DNA of 64,000 nucleotides from Gammaproteobacteria bacterium (GTDB lineage Bacteria > Pseudomonadota > Gammaproteobacteria > SZUA-229): positions 642 to 64,641 of the forward strand of contig JASBSR010000007.1 in the NCBI GenBank assembly GCA_030148865.1, in the 5' to 3' direction. The position numbers and the translations under genes are program-made. The notes under the pieces were generated by a model. The model was not told the DNA's origin. It saw nothing but the letters and a program-made list of their open reading frames with translations, and did not search any database. Every line of letters starts with the position of its first letter. Position 1 is the stretch's first letter. This document shows, in pieces, positions 31,101-40,688 of the stretch.

Positions 31101-31665
31101 GCCACAGGAAACGGGTGAAAATAAATACCGCAGAAAAAACAGCAGAGAATTTAGACTGGCTGGTCTGGTGGTTAGCATGCGCGCGCGCAAAACCCAGCGC
31201 GGTAGCAAGTTAATTACCGCAGTACTGGATGATCGCACTGCGCGTATTGAAATGGTAGTTTACGAAGAAGTCAGTCAGAAATATGGGCATTTGCTGACAC
31301 GCGACAAATGCCTGGTGGTGGAAGGTGCGGTGAGTTACGATGATTTTAGCGCCGGTTATAGAATTACTGCTAATACGATTTATGACATGACCCAGGCGCG
31401 CGAACATTTTTCGCGTTGTCTGGAGATTCATGTCGATAAACGCAAGCTCAACGGCAACTGGTCGGATGAGACCATGCTGACAAATATCAGCGATGTTTTG
31501 CAAACCTACCGCGAAGGTAGCTGTCCGGTGTGTATCGAATATAATAGCGGGGCAGAGGTCACGCGCATGGCGCTGGGCGAAGGCTGGAAAGTGCGGCCGA
31601 CGGATGAATTGCTGACACGACTACGCACTGTGTTCGCCGATGATCAGGTGAAAGTGGTTTATTAG
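28144..31665 (+). CDS. dnaE: DNA polymerase III alpha subunit (no intein)
   Basis: FVHLRVHTEYSLVDG, GPGRGSGAGSLV, PDFDIDF, KFDFLGLRTLT, GYGFNKSH; 1173 aa. Confidence 0.98.
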   Translation: MTAEPSFVHLRVHTEYSLVDGVVRVKPLMQTVSEAGMPAVALTDQSNLFAMVKFTRAALAAGIKPIIGVDAWVRSDDEQAQPYRMVLLCQNRAGYLNLAQLISKSYLEGQHGGVPMMQASWIAEYGHGLIALASARDSDVGIALLSGQQDLAAVRVAHWQSIFGDRYYLELQRTGRENEEFYIVEAVNLAIKTDTPVVATNDVRFLRADDFDAHEVRVCIHDGRTLDDPRRSHHYSPQQYLRTPEEMQVLFADIPEALANSVAIAQRCNLETRLGESFLPQFPIPEGNTAEGFFADEARKGLELRLAKLLDPVAEDYAARRAEYDARLQIEIDVISKMDFPGYFLVVADFIRWAKENGIPVGPGRGSGAGSLVAYAMGITDLDPLHFDLLFERFLNPERVSLPDFDIDFCMEGRDRVIDYVASKYGRDSVSQIITYGSMAAKAVVRDVGRVMGQPYGFVDRIAKMIPFEIGMTLSKALEESEDLKTAYDSEEEITMIIDMALSLEGLSRNAGKHAGGVVISPTVLTDFTPLYCEEGGNSVVTQFDKDDVEAVGLVKFDFLGLRTLTIIDWAVKHINRRRQLSDEDPLDITELTLDDVETFKLLQAANTTAVFQLESRGMKDLIKRLRPDNFEDIIALVALFRPGPLQSGMVDDFINRKHGRMKVEYPHPDLEPILQPTYGVILYQEQVMQIAQVLAGYTLGGADMLRRAMGKKKPEEMEKQRVLFMEGAVARGVDAKQATYIFDLMEKFAGYGFNKSHSAAYALLSYQTAWLKQQYPAEFMAAVLSADMDNTDKVVALIEDCHGQGLEVNPPDINASIYQFSVPDPKTVLYGLGAIKGVGEAALEGIIAEREARGVFADLYDFCKRSDTRKVNRRVMEALIKAGALDGMGANRASLMASLNNVLQLAEKSQKDALAGQDDMFGDVAVADARDSVHMIEVADWDDELRLSNEKETLGLYLTGHPIERYEAEIRQFTDSTLANIADLVPQETGENKYRRKNSREFRLAGLVVSMRARKTQRGSKLITAVLDDRTARIEMVVYEEVSQKYGHLLTRDKCLVVEGAVSYDDFSAGYRITANTIYDMTQAREHFSRCLEIHVDKRKLNGNWSDETMLTNISDVLQTYREGSCPVCIEYNSGAEVTRMALGEGWKVRPTDELLTRLRTVFADDQVKVVY

Positions 31666-31680
31666 GTAAAGTCAAAGGCT

Positions 31681-31822
31681 TTCGCTACAGAGACGTCGAG
31701 AACACAGAGGAAAAGCATTATTTTCGTGGCAACGCTGACGCTACTTAATCTGTCATTTCGGCATTTCCCGGAATGACGAAAAGGAAACATTATTACATTA
31801 TTCTCGGTATTTTGTGGGTTCA
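31681..31822. repeat. Composite intergenic repeat: CACAGAG-type arm plus GTCATT palindrome
   Basis: ttcgctacagagacgtcgagaacacagaggaaaagc (31681-31716); hairpin gtcatttcgg/ccggaatgac (31752-31777); weak inverted arm near 31800-31820. Confidence 0.55.
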
Positions 31823-31860
31823 CTTTAAGTTTTTAATCATTCACCTGTATAACTTTAATC

Positions 31861-33216
31861 ATGCAGCAAAATTTTCGTCGTACTCGACACCGATTTTTCA
31901 AGCGCAATCTCTGGCGCACCCGTATCCTGTTCTGGGGTGGTGCGATTCTGGTGGGTTTATTCGCGGCTCTGTTTGCGATAATGGCAAATCAAGCGGACCA
32001 CAGTTTTCGTGATCTGGTTGCCTACAATAAATATCTCCCATTAATTGTTACCCCGCTGGGGCTGGTGCTAACCGCCTATATCACACGTCGTTTTTTCGCC
32101 GGTGCGGAAGGTAGCGGGATTCCGCAAACTTTGGTTGCATTAAAAAATACCAGCGGCAGCCTGAGTCAGAGGTTGCTTTCGATACGCGTGGTTATCGGTA
32201 AAGTGTTGATGTGTGTGCTTGGTTTGCTGAGTGGTGCTTCGATCGGGCGTGAAGGCCCCACCGTGCATCTTGGCGCTGCGGTTATGTACAGCCTGGGCCG
32301 TTACGCGCATATTCCGGGCAATTATCTGGAGCGAGGTTTAATCATGGCCGGTGGCGGCGCGGGTATCACGGCAGCATTCAATACTCCGCTGGCGGGAATT
32401 ATTTTTGCGATTGAAGAAATGGGGCGTTCATTTGATCCCCGTAATAGCAGTTTGATTGTGATTGCGGTGATTTTTGCCGGGATGACGGCACTGCTGGTGC
32501 ATCAGAGCAATTATGATTATTACGGCACCTCACCAGCAGAACTTGATTTTAGCTGGGTCTGGTTGGGCGTCATAATCTGTGGTGTTACTGGTGGGTTACT
32601 TGGTGGTGGTTTTAGCCAGTTGCTGATTTCGGGCTCGCGGCGTCTGGTTCCGGTGATGAAGCAGCGCTGGTTGCTGGTGGCGCTTGCCTGTGGGCTGACA
32701 CTTGCCATCATCGGTTTACTGAGTGATGGTCTTTCCTATGGTACCGGCTATACTGAGGCCAAAGCCATTGTCAGTTGCACAGGCAGCGACAGCTGTCACG
32801 CGAATTTGGGTTTGTTTTATCCTTTGTATAAGTTACTCGCGACAATGATTTCGTATCTCAGTGGTATTCCCGGTGGAATTTTTGCACCATCGCTTGCCAC
32901 CGGTGCGGGTCTGGGGCGCGACATCGCGATGTTGTTCCCGGTTGAGCTGGCGTCGACTATTGTTGTGCTCGGTATGGTGGCATATTTTTCTGGCGTAGTA
33001 CAGGCGCCAATCACTGCCTTTGTGATTGTCATGGAAATGACCGACAATCAGAATCTGATGTTGGCGATGATGGCAACATCATTACTTGCTTCAGGGGCAT
33101 CAAAGTTAATCTGTAGAAAATCGATATACAGCGCACTTGCCGAAAACTTTGTGCATGCGCTGAGTCAGGAAAAGAAAGAACACATTGATAGTGCGGCGGT
33201 AAAGCTGAATAAATAA
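31861..33216 (+). CDS. ClC-family chloride channel / Cl-:H+ antiporter
   Basis: GSGIPQ, GREGPTVH, AFNTPLAG, GGIFAPSL and C-terminal IY motifs. Confidence 0.94.
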   Translation: MQQNFRRTRHRFFKRNLWRTRILFWGGAILVGLFAALFAIMANQADHSFRDLVAYNKYLPLIVTPLGLVLTAYITRRFFAGAEGSGIPQTLVALKNTSGSLSQRLLSIRVVIGKVLMCVLGLLSGASIGREGPTVHLGAAVMYSLGRYAHIPGNYLERGLIMAGGGAGITAAFNTPLAGIIFAIEEMGRSFDPRNSSLIVIAVIFAGMTALLVHQSNYDYYGTSPAELDFSWVWLGVIICGVTGGLLGGGFSQLLISGSRRLVPVMKQRWLLVALACGLTLAIIGLLSDGLSYGTGYTEAKAIVSCTGSDSCHANLGLFYPLYKLLATMISYLSGIPGGIFAPSLATGAGLGRDIAMLFPVELASTIVVLGMVAYFSGVVQAPITAFVIVMEMTDNQNLMLAMMATSLLASGASKLICRKSIYSALAENFVHALSQEKKEHIDSAAVKLNK

Positions 33217-33362
33217 GAATCATCGACCTGTTATGTGCGCTCGCTCAGCTGAACTTTGGTCAGACTCAGGGGCCAATGAATATCTGCTGACTCCTGAAAC
33301 GGCCATAGATATACCAGTTGGCAGGCTTGTATATCTTTTAAAATACTTCTAATATACAACAC

Positions 33363-33694
33363 ATGTACAGAATTACTGGCCATATATTGATATTTTTCAT
33401 CATATTCGCAAACCTCGCGTGGGCGGTAGATGCAGATGCCTTTCGTTTACCAAAACCGATCCAGACAAAGCGCTGTTTTTCTGTAAAGATTCTCATATAA
33501 GCTCTGACACCCAACACGAGCAGCAGCAAGATGCGTTCTGCCATCATTGCTGCCATGCAAGTGCGCACTATACTGCTATTACGGAAGATGGATTTACTTC
33601 TTCAATAAATGCAGAACATGATATTTATCTTGCGCATGTAAAATTCTTTCGGACTCGCGATAAAGAGCCCCCTGTACAACCCCCCAATATTTAA
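33363..33694 (+). pseudogene. Frameshifted small periplasmic His/Cys metal-binding protein (CzcI-like) at the head of the czc unit
   Basis: Signal peptide MYRITGHILIFFIIFANLAWAVD in one frame; FCHHCCHASAH...EPPVQPP in another. The junction falls at the agatgc-agatgc duplication near 33428-33439. Confidence 0.6.
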
Positions 33695-33769
33695 GTCCCG
33701 GTAGACCCATGAGTAAGGCGTCGCAGTTTATGCGGTGCTGTTTCTTGTTTGTTGTCTGGAGATTTGAAT

Positions 33770-35053
33770 ATGTATGCACACCTACAACGGTGGCCATTGC
33801 TACTATCCTTAGCTAGCACGCTGTTATTGTTCTGCAGTGGCGCAGTTAATGCAGAAAAAACTATTATCGAGCTACCGCCGAGTCCGATTTTGCGTAGCCT
33901 GATTAATGAAACACTGCAAAATAATCCTGGTATTCGTTCTGCAAGAGCGGCTGTCAATGCCGCGGCTGCACGTGTTCACGGTGCGGATCAGCCTTTGTAT
34001 AACCCGGAACTGGAACTGGCTGCCGATCAGGCAGAAACGCGCACAGGTACAGTTGGGCTGAGTCAAGCTATCGACTGGGTCGATAAACGTGGTGCGCGCA
34101 CAGATGTTGCGAGTGCGGAGCTGTCGGCACAACGAGCTGAGTATGACGCTGCGCGGCAAAAGCTTATTGGTGAGCTGATTTCTGCGCTCGCCAACTACCA
34201 TACGGCAGATGCCATACATCAACTGGCAAATCAGCGTATGTCATTAATGCAGCGCTTCCTTGATTTGGCTGAGCAGCGTCAGCGTGCCGGTGATCTAAGT
34301 CAGGTGGAACTCAATCTTGCGAAGCTCGCGCACACGCAAACTGTGCTTCAGTTATCCCAAATTACGTCAAATCTGTCCGATGCTATGCAGTCGCTTGTTG
34401 CCGTTACCGGAAAAGCAGATCAGCAATGGCCGGCATTGCCATCTGATATTCCTGCATTGAATGAATTTGATACAGCATCATTACTGAATGGGTTGCCAGA
34501 AATCAATATGTATAAAGCACGAGTGAATGCTGCACATGCTGCGATGGAATTACGTAATCGAGAGCGCAGTGCTGACCCGAAAATTGGTTTGCGTGCTGGC
34601 AAAGAATGGATCTATCGAAATAATAATGATGAAAGTTTTGGTGCCACAGGTTTAACTTTAAGTGTGCCACTATATGTACGCAACACCTTTAAAGCCGAGG
34701 TCGACGCAGCTAATGAAGATCTGATTCAGGCTCAGGCCTTATTGCAGGAGCGTTATCTGCGAGCACAGACGCAACTGTTATCGAGCGCTGAACGATTTCG
34801 ATTGAGTCGGGCTGCATGGAATGCATGGTTACGTACCGGGCAACCCAGTATTAGTAGTCAGGTGGCCTTGCTCGAACGTATCTGGCAGTCCGGTGAAATG
34901 AGCACGACAGATTATCTGGTGCAATTACAGCAAACACTTGAAACCCGAGCTGATGCGCTGAGTGTGCAGGGCCGACTCTGGACTGCATGGGCTGACTGGT
35001 TAGTCTCTAGCGGTCAAATGACAACCTGGCTAGGTGAGGACAATGCACAGTAA
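33770..35053 (+). CDS. CzcC/CusC-like outer membrane efflux protein (TolC family)
   Basis: Signal peptide, YNPELEL, GLSQAIDW..KR.AR, LTLSVPLY; first of an OMF-MFP-RND triad. RBS ggag before ATG 33770. Confidence 0.88.
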   Translation: MYAHLQRWPLLLSLASTLLLFCSGAVNAEKTIIELPPSPILRSLINETLQNNPGIRSARAAVNAAAARVHGADQPLYNPELELAADQAETRTGTVGLSQAIDWVDKRGARTDVASAELSAQRAEYDAARQKLIGELISALANYHTADAIHQLANQRMSLMQRFLDLAEQRQRAGDLSQVELNLAKLAHTQTVLQLSQITSNLSDAMQSLVAVTGKADQQWPALPSDIPALNEFDTASLLNGLPEINMYKARVNAAHAAMELRNRERSADPKIGLRAGKEWIYRNNNDESFGATGLTLSVPLYVRNTFKAEVDAANEDLIQAQALLQERYLRAQTQLLSSAERFRLSRAAWNAWLRTGQPSISSQVALLERIWQSGEMSTTDYLVQLQQTLETRADALSVQGRLWTAWADWLVSSGQMTTWLGEDNAQ

Positions 35054-35093
35054 ACCACAATTCGAATACCGACAATCGTTCTGGAGATTAGAC

Positions 35094-36224
35094 ATGAAGC
35101 AATTTATTGCAGGGGCGCTAATGTTGTCACTGATATTTACCGGCCTGATAGCTCCAGGCCCGAGTCTGGCAGAGTCGGGTAAAGATGAGGCTAACGGCTC
35201 GCATAAAGAAGATGGCACGATCAAAATGAGCACGGCTGAGCGTGTGGCTAGAGGTGTAAAAACATCTGTTGTGAGCCAACGCGCGCTCAGTGAAATCATT
35301 ACTGCGCCCGGCGAGGTGGTGATCAATGCTTACCGCTCGGCAAAAATTACGCCACGTGTTGGTGCGCAGGTGGTGGCGCGTCATGCGCGGCTAGGTGAGG
35401 CGGTTACACGTGATCAGGCGCTGGTGACATTATCCAGTGTTGAAGTTGCGCAGGCGCAAGGTGATTTAATTGTAAGTGACCAGGAGTGGCAGCGTGTTAA
35501 AGCACTGGGTAGCAAAGTGGTTTCGCAAAAGCGTTATATCTCTGCTCAGGTAGCCAGACAACGCGCGTATGCGACAGTGCGCGCCTATGGTATGTCCAAA
35601 TCACAGATTAAAGCATTGTTACAAAGCAATGATGCTGCCCGTGCAACGGGAGAGTTCGATCTGTTTTCACCTCAGGATGGCAGGGTGATTAGCGATGCCT
35701 TTATTGTAGGTGAATACGTCAGCCCTGGTCAGGTATTGCTGGAAGTCACGGATGTTGAAACACCCTGGGTGATTGCACAACTAAACCCTCAGGATTCTGC
35801 AAGAGTCCAGGTTGGTGCAAAAGTCAGCGTGAGTCGAGATGGCAAAACATGGCTGGATGGAAAAGTGGTGCAGCAGTATTACCGGTTAGACGAAGCAACA
35901 CGCACGCATCCAGTGCGTATTGAGATCAGTAACAGTCAGATAAATTTAGCTGCAGGCGAATATGTTGATGTCGCTATTGAAACTACAGACGCTTCATCGT
36001 CTTTAGCAGTACCCAAGCAGGCGCTGCTATTAATGCGTGGGATGCCGACAGTGTTCAAGCTTGAAGGTGATGTATTGCGTCCGCAAGCAGTGGAAACAGG
36101 CGTAACACGCGCAGGCTGGACCGAAATAAAGTCAGGTCTAACGATTGGTGATGTGATTGTTACCGAAGGCGCATTCTTGCTGAAATCGTTGGCGCTCAAG
36201 TCACAAATGGGCGAGGGCCACTAG
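35094..36224 (+). CDS. CzcB/CusB-like membrane fusion protein
   Basis: APGEV, ITPRV, LGEAV...QALVTL, LDEATRT, GL..GD.IV.EGAF. RBS ggag before ATG 35094. Confidence 0.9.
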   Translation: MKQFIAGALMLSLIFTGLIAPGPSLAESGKDEANGSHKEDGTIKMSTAERVARGVKTSVVSQRALSEIITAPGEVVINAYRSAKITPRVGAQVVARHARLGEAVTRDQALVTLSSVEVAQAQGDLIVSDQEWQRVKALGSKVVSQKRYISAQVARQRAYATVRAYGMSKSQIKALLQSNDAARATGEFDLFSPQDGRVISDAFIVGEYVSPGQVLLEVTDVETPWVIAQLNPQDSARVQVGAKVSVSRDGKTWLDGKVVQQYYRLDEATRTHPVRIEISNSQINLAAGEYVDVAIETTDASSSLAVPKQALLLMRGMPTVFKLEGDVLRPQAVETGVTRAGWTEIKSGLTIGDVIVTEGAFLLKSLALKSQMGEGH

Positions 36225-36248
36225 GCCTGGATAACTGAGGTATCTATT

Positions 36249-39200
36249 ATGTTAAACCGTTTAGTTGAAGCGTCATTACGCTATAAATTTCTTGTTATTA
36301 TAATTTTTCTGGTGGTTGCAGCATTAGGCTGGCGTGCAGTCACAAGCATCCCGATTGATGCATTTCCTGATGTCACGCCTGTGCAGGTAAATATTTATAC
36401 TGAATCACCAGGTCTGGCGGCAGAAGATGTCGAGCAATTGCTTACGTTTCCGGTTGAATCGGGTATGGCAGGTTTGCCTGGTGTTTCCGATATCCGTTCG
36501 GTCAGTCTATTCGGGCTTTCATACGTGTCGGTATATTTTGAAGATAGTATAGACATTTATTTTGCGCGCAGGCTGGTGATGGAGCGTTTGCAGGAAGTTA
36601 GTAATCGCATGCCGAGCGAATATGGTAAACCTGTAATGGGGCCCAATACCTCGGGTCTGGGCCAGGTATTCTGGTACACCGTGGAGCGTGCCGATGAAAA
36701 GCTGGCTTCAGGTCTGAGTGATATGGATCTACGCACTATCCAGGACTGGACGGTGCGACTTATTTTACGCACTGCACCTGGAGTCGATGATGTTATGTCA
36801 TGGGGTGGGCAGGAGCGTCAGTTTCAGGTGGTGATCGATCCGTTGCGCCTGATCAAGTATGGGCTTGGTTACAAAGACGTGATGAATGTAATCGAGGCCA
36901 ACAATCGTCAGGTCGGGGGGCAGTACGTTAATCTCGGCCCGGAACAATACCTTGTACGTGGCCTGGGTCTGGTCGAAAACGAACGTGACATCGGCAATAT
37001 CATGATTAAAGTGGTCGCTGGTACAGCGATATATCTACGTGATATAGCGGTAATCAAGCAGGCACCTGCGTTGCGTTTTGGCGCTGTGACTCGTGATGGT
37101 AAAGAAGTTGTGCTGGGTATGGCGTTGTCGCGCATAGGAACAAATGCTGCGAATGTGGTCGATGCAGTTAAGAAAAAAGTCGAGATCACGCAGTCAACTC
37201 TGCCAGATAACGTCATAATAAAACCGATCTACGAACGCACTGAGCTAGTCGATAAGGCAGTATCAACTGCGACCAATGCCCTGATCGAAGGCTCGATTCT
37301 GGTGGCAATCGTTCTGTTTTTGTTCCTCGGCGAACTGCGCTCAGCGATTGTCGTGATTGCGGCCTTACCGCTAGCAATGCTAATTGCATTTATTTTTATG
37401 AAACAGGCAGGGCTTTCAGCCAATTTAATGTCACTGGCAGGTCTGGCGATTGGGATTGGTATGATGGTCGATGGCGCAGTAGTCATGACTGAAAATGCTT
37501 TCCGTATTATGGCGGAGTGGCGCGAACGAGGTGAGAAAGTTGATAGGACAGCGGCAGTACTGACCGCAGCGCGCGAGGTGGCAAATCCAATGGCATTTGC
37601 CATCATGATTATTATTGTGGTGTTTTTGCCACTGTTTAGTTTGCAGGGTCTGGAAGGTAAGCTGTTTAAGCCAATGGCATTTAATATCAGTTTTGCCATG
37701 GCGGGCTCGTTGCTGTTAACACTCACGGTTATTCCAGTACTGGCAGCGTTAATACTCAAACCGAAGGAAGAACGAGATACGCGCCTTGTTGCCTGGATTA
37801 AACGTGGATATCTGCCTTTACTGGCGTGGTCGTTGGAAAACAAGAAAAAAATCGTGGTGTCAGCAGTGGCGCTGCTACTGTCAAGTCTCACGTTATTCCC
37901 GTTCCTGGGTAAAGAATTCATGCCGCAATTGCAGGAAGGTTCGATTATGTGGCGTGTCACATCAATCCCTTCCACTTCGTTAGAGCAGTCAATAGCCATC
38001 TCGAAAACCATCGAAAACACTCTGTCTGGATTTCCTGAGGTCGAAACCACGGTCGCGATGATCGGTCGTGCCGAAAAAGGTGAGACCGCCGATGTCAATT
38101 ATATGGAGGTTTATACGGCACTAAAGCCAAAAGGTAGCTGGAAGCGTTCCATATCGGAGCTGGCTGATGCCATGCATCAGAAGCTGGAAAAAGCTGTGCC
38201 GACTGCGGTGATCGCATTTACCCAGCCGATTCAGATGCGGGTCGAAGAGTTGATCTCAGGTGTTCGCGCTACACTGGCAATCAAGCTGTATGGCCAGGAT
38301 CTGTCAGAACTTGATCGGTTAAGCTCGGAAATAAAGAATGCAGTGGCGACAGTTCGCGGGGTCGCCGATCTTTCACTGGAAGCTAATATCGGTAAACCGC
38401 AGATACGTATCAAAGTCAATCGTGAAGCGCTGGCACGTTACGGCCTGAATGCAGACGATGTGCTTACAGTGATCCGTACTGGCATTGGTAATCAACCTGT
38501 GTCGACTCTGATTGAAGGTGTCAAACGATTTGATATTACCGCGCGCATACAGGACGCTTCAAAAGAATCGGTTGAGGCGATCGGTAACATACCCTTGCTC
38601 ACCGCGAGTAAAGCGATCGTACCATTATCACGTGTGGCTGAAATAACCACAGCAGAAGGCTACTCATTTGTGCGTCGCGAACAATTGCAACGCTATGCCG
38701 TAATACAAATGGATGTGCGTGGACGCGATGTTGATGGTTTTGTGAAGGATGCTAATGCTGCAATTAGGAGCATGGTAAAAATCCCAACAGGTTACTGGAT
38801 GGAATGGGGCGGGGCATTTGAAAATCAGCAACGTGCCTTGCAGCGATTATCAATCATTGTACCACTGACAATTTTCTTTATTTTTGTCCTGTTGTATACC
38901 GCATTTAATTCTGTCAGGTTTGCGACGCTAATCATTGCCAATGTGCCGTTTGCTACTGTTGGGGGCTTGATCGCATTATTTATTAGCGGGCAGTATCTGT
39001 CAGTGCCATCTGCAATCGGTTTTATTGCGGTTTTCGGTGTGGCGATGCTCAATGGCATCGTGTTGGTCTCTTTCATTAATGAATTACGTGAAAAAGGCTA
39101 TACAGTTGCAGATGCCGTTCGCCATGGTGCAGAGCTTAGATTGCGCCCGGTGATGATGACAGCCAGTGTCGCTATTTTAGGTCTGGTACCTATGCTGCTG

Positions 39201-39344
39201 TCATCGGGTGTTGGCGCAGAGACTCAGCGGCCACTTGCAGCAGTGGTGGTTGGTGGGCTTGTGACATCGACGCTACTAACACTAGTGCTGTTGCCCGTCA
39301 TTTATGAATGGATGGAAACACGCAAACAGGATGGCAAGCAATGA
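36249..39344 (+). CDS. CzcA/CusA-family heavy-metal RND permease
   Basis: IPIDAFPDVTPVQV, SLFGLS, ANLMSLAGLAIGIGMMVDGA, GKLFKPMA, RLRPVMMTA, AETQRPLA. Confidence 0.94.
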   Translation: MLNRLVEASLRYKFLVIIIFLVVAALGWRAVTSIPIDAFPDVTPVQVNIYTESPGLAAEDVEQLLTFPVESGMAGLPGVSDIRSVSLFGLSYVSVYFEDSIDIYFARRLVMERLQEVSNRMPSEYGKPVMGPNTSGLGQVFWYTVERADEKLASGLSDMDLRTIQDWTVRLILRTAPGVDDVMSWGGQERQFQVVIDPLRLIKYGLGYKDVMNVIEANNRQVGGQYVNLGPEQYLVRGLGLVENERDIGNIMIKVVAGTAIYLRDIAVIKQAPALRFGAVTRDGKEVVLGMALSRIGTNAANVVDAVKKKVEITQSTLPDNVIIKPIYERTELVDKAVSTATNALIEGSILVAIVLFLFLGELRSAIVVIAALPLAMLIAFIFMKQAGLSANLMSLAGLAIGIGMMVDGAVVMTENAFRIMAEWRERGEKVDRTAAVLTAAREVANPMAFAIMIIIVVFLPLFSLQGLEGKLFKPMAFNISFAMAGSLLLTLTVIPVLAALILKPKEERDTRLVAWIKRGYLPLLAWSLENKKKIVVSAVALLLSSLTLFPFLGKEFMPQLQEGSIMWRVTSIPSTSLEQSIAISKTIENTLSGFPEVETTVAMIGRAEKGETADVNYMEVYTALKPKGSWKRSISELADAMHQKLEKAVPTAVIAFTQPIQMRVEELISGVRATLAIKLYGQDLSELDRLSSEIKNAVATVRGVADLSLEANIGKPQIRIKVNREALARYGLNADDVLTVIRTGIGNQPVSTLIEGVKRFDITARIQDASKESVEAIGNIPLLTASKAIVPLSRVAEITTAEGYSFVRREQLQRYAVIQMDVRGRDVDGFVKDANAAIRSMVKIPTGYWMEWGGAFENQQRALQRLSIIVPLTIFFIFVLLYTAFNSVRFATLIIANVPFATVGGLIALFISGQYLSVPSAIGFIAVFGVAMLNGIVLVSFINELREKGYTVADAVRHGAELRLRPVMMTASVAILGLVPMLLSSGVGAETQRPLAAVVVGGLVTSTLLTLVLLPVIYEWMETRKQDGKQ

Positions 39345-39432
39345 TCGCAAATGACTGGGCGAGAATATACCAGGCTATTGGTCACTTTCGGACAATGGCA
39401 TTGATTAACTTACCTGGAAGGAGGGTCTTGCA

Positions 39433-39750
39433 ATGAAAGAGATTAAGGCATTCATACACCGTAATCGCGTTGCTGACGTAGTTCGTGCACTTGGTCGGGC
39501 GGGCTTCAGTAATTTGTCAGTTATTGATGTTAAAGGGTTACTCAATGCACTTGACACCAGGGAGCAGGATTATTCGACTGAAATTGGTTCTATGGTGATT
39601 ACCGAAGTCAAAATAGAACTGGTATGTCATGACGAAAATAGTACTGCTGAAGTGGTTCGTATTATTAGTGAACATGGTCGAACAGGTCAGCCGGAAGCTG
39701 GCTGGATTTACATCACTAATCTTCAGGCGGCGTTACAGATAAAAAACTGA
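39433..39750 (+). CDS. PII-like protein associated with the metal RND locus
   Basis: MKEIKAFIH..RVADVV, DVKG, KIELVC, GRTGQPEAGWIY. Confidence 0.85.
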   Translation: MKEIKAFIHRNRVADVVRALGRAGFSNLSVIDVKGLLNALDTREQDYSTEIGSMVITEVKIELVCHDENSTAEVVRIISEHGRTGQPEAGWIYITNLQAALQIKN

Positions 39751-40203
39751 TGCCTGGCGCAGGTTAAAATCTGTGATAGCAGGCAGGTATATTGTTTGCT
39801 GTCACAGTATATGCGTGCTCTGATAATTCATGGGTGAATTAATCAGAGCTTCCCTGGAATATAAACCAAAGTGGCGGGGGTGGGTAGTAATTATTGCTGT
39901 GGTAGTATTTCCAAGTCTGTTCGCTGTTATTAAATACTCGCTGATAAATAAGCATCTGCTCGGTCACGAACAGTTTTAAACGGGTTTTAATGGCTGAACT
40001 CTTACGGAGAAATATTATTAAATTCATCTCGTTTTGCGGTAACCAGAAAACTATTGAGCGTGCAAATAAGGTTTATACCCGCATATGACTCAATATGATG
40101 GTGGGTATTTTAAATATCATATTTGTGTAACATAATATTCATTGAAATGAAATTTCATATTGTCAATATCAAACATGTCACGAATATTACTATGGTGAAT
40201 ACT

Positions 40204-40617
40204 ATGTTTGATACAGCGATTGCACTGAAAAATAATGCCGATGTTATCGACAACAAGCCTTCTGAAACACAACTACTCTCTGCCTGGTTATTCGACCAGG
40301 ATGAGAAAATTAGCGCTGGCTGCCTGCTGGTCGATATCTCAGATGGCGGAGCCGCAATTCTAATTCCAGTTAATCAACCGGTACCAACCGAGGCTTTTGA
40401 TCTGGTGATTATGTCTTCCGAGGACAGACACGAGATACTTACCATTCTCGAAGCGGAGAAACGCTGGCTAGACACGGGTTATTCAACAACGCATAAAAAA
40501 ATGGGCGTGGAGTTTTTGCATCTTGATACAATTAAGTTACAGGTAATAAGCAGCTTGATTCAGTTGATGGAAACAAGAAAAAATAGCTCAATTGATTGCG
40601 ATGTTGTTAATATCTGA
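40204..40617 (+). CDS. PilZ-like domain protein (start uncertain)
   Basis: LVDISDGGA and KMGVEF motifs present; RxxxR motif absent. Confidence 0.6.
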   Translation: MFDTAIALKNNADVIDNKPSETQLLSAWLFDQDEKISAGCLLVDISDGGAAILIPVNQPVPTEAFDLVIMSSEDRHEILTILEAEKRWLDTGYSTTHKKMGVEFLHLDTIKLQVISSLIQLMETRKNSSIDCDVVNI

Positions 40618-40688
40618 CATCCGCTAATTGGTGTTTCTGAAAATATGCGTTTTTAAGTCGCCCTTGCAGCTTGCCGCGCCTGTGGCTG

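Noticed and set aside
28144..31665. Intein or split dnaE
   Set aside because: Length and motifs are continuous and canonical.
37229..38098. Long antisense ORFs (also 41712-42446, 52949-53671, 5134-5748)
   Set aside because: Shadow frames of well-supported genes, with no motifs of their own.
39839..40027. 62-aa minus-strand ORF and other short intergenic ORFs (40628-40843, 45844-46110, 59113-59433)
   Set aside because: No RBS or family signal, atypical composition, and they overlap repeat or promoter DNA.
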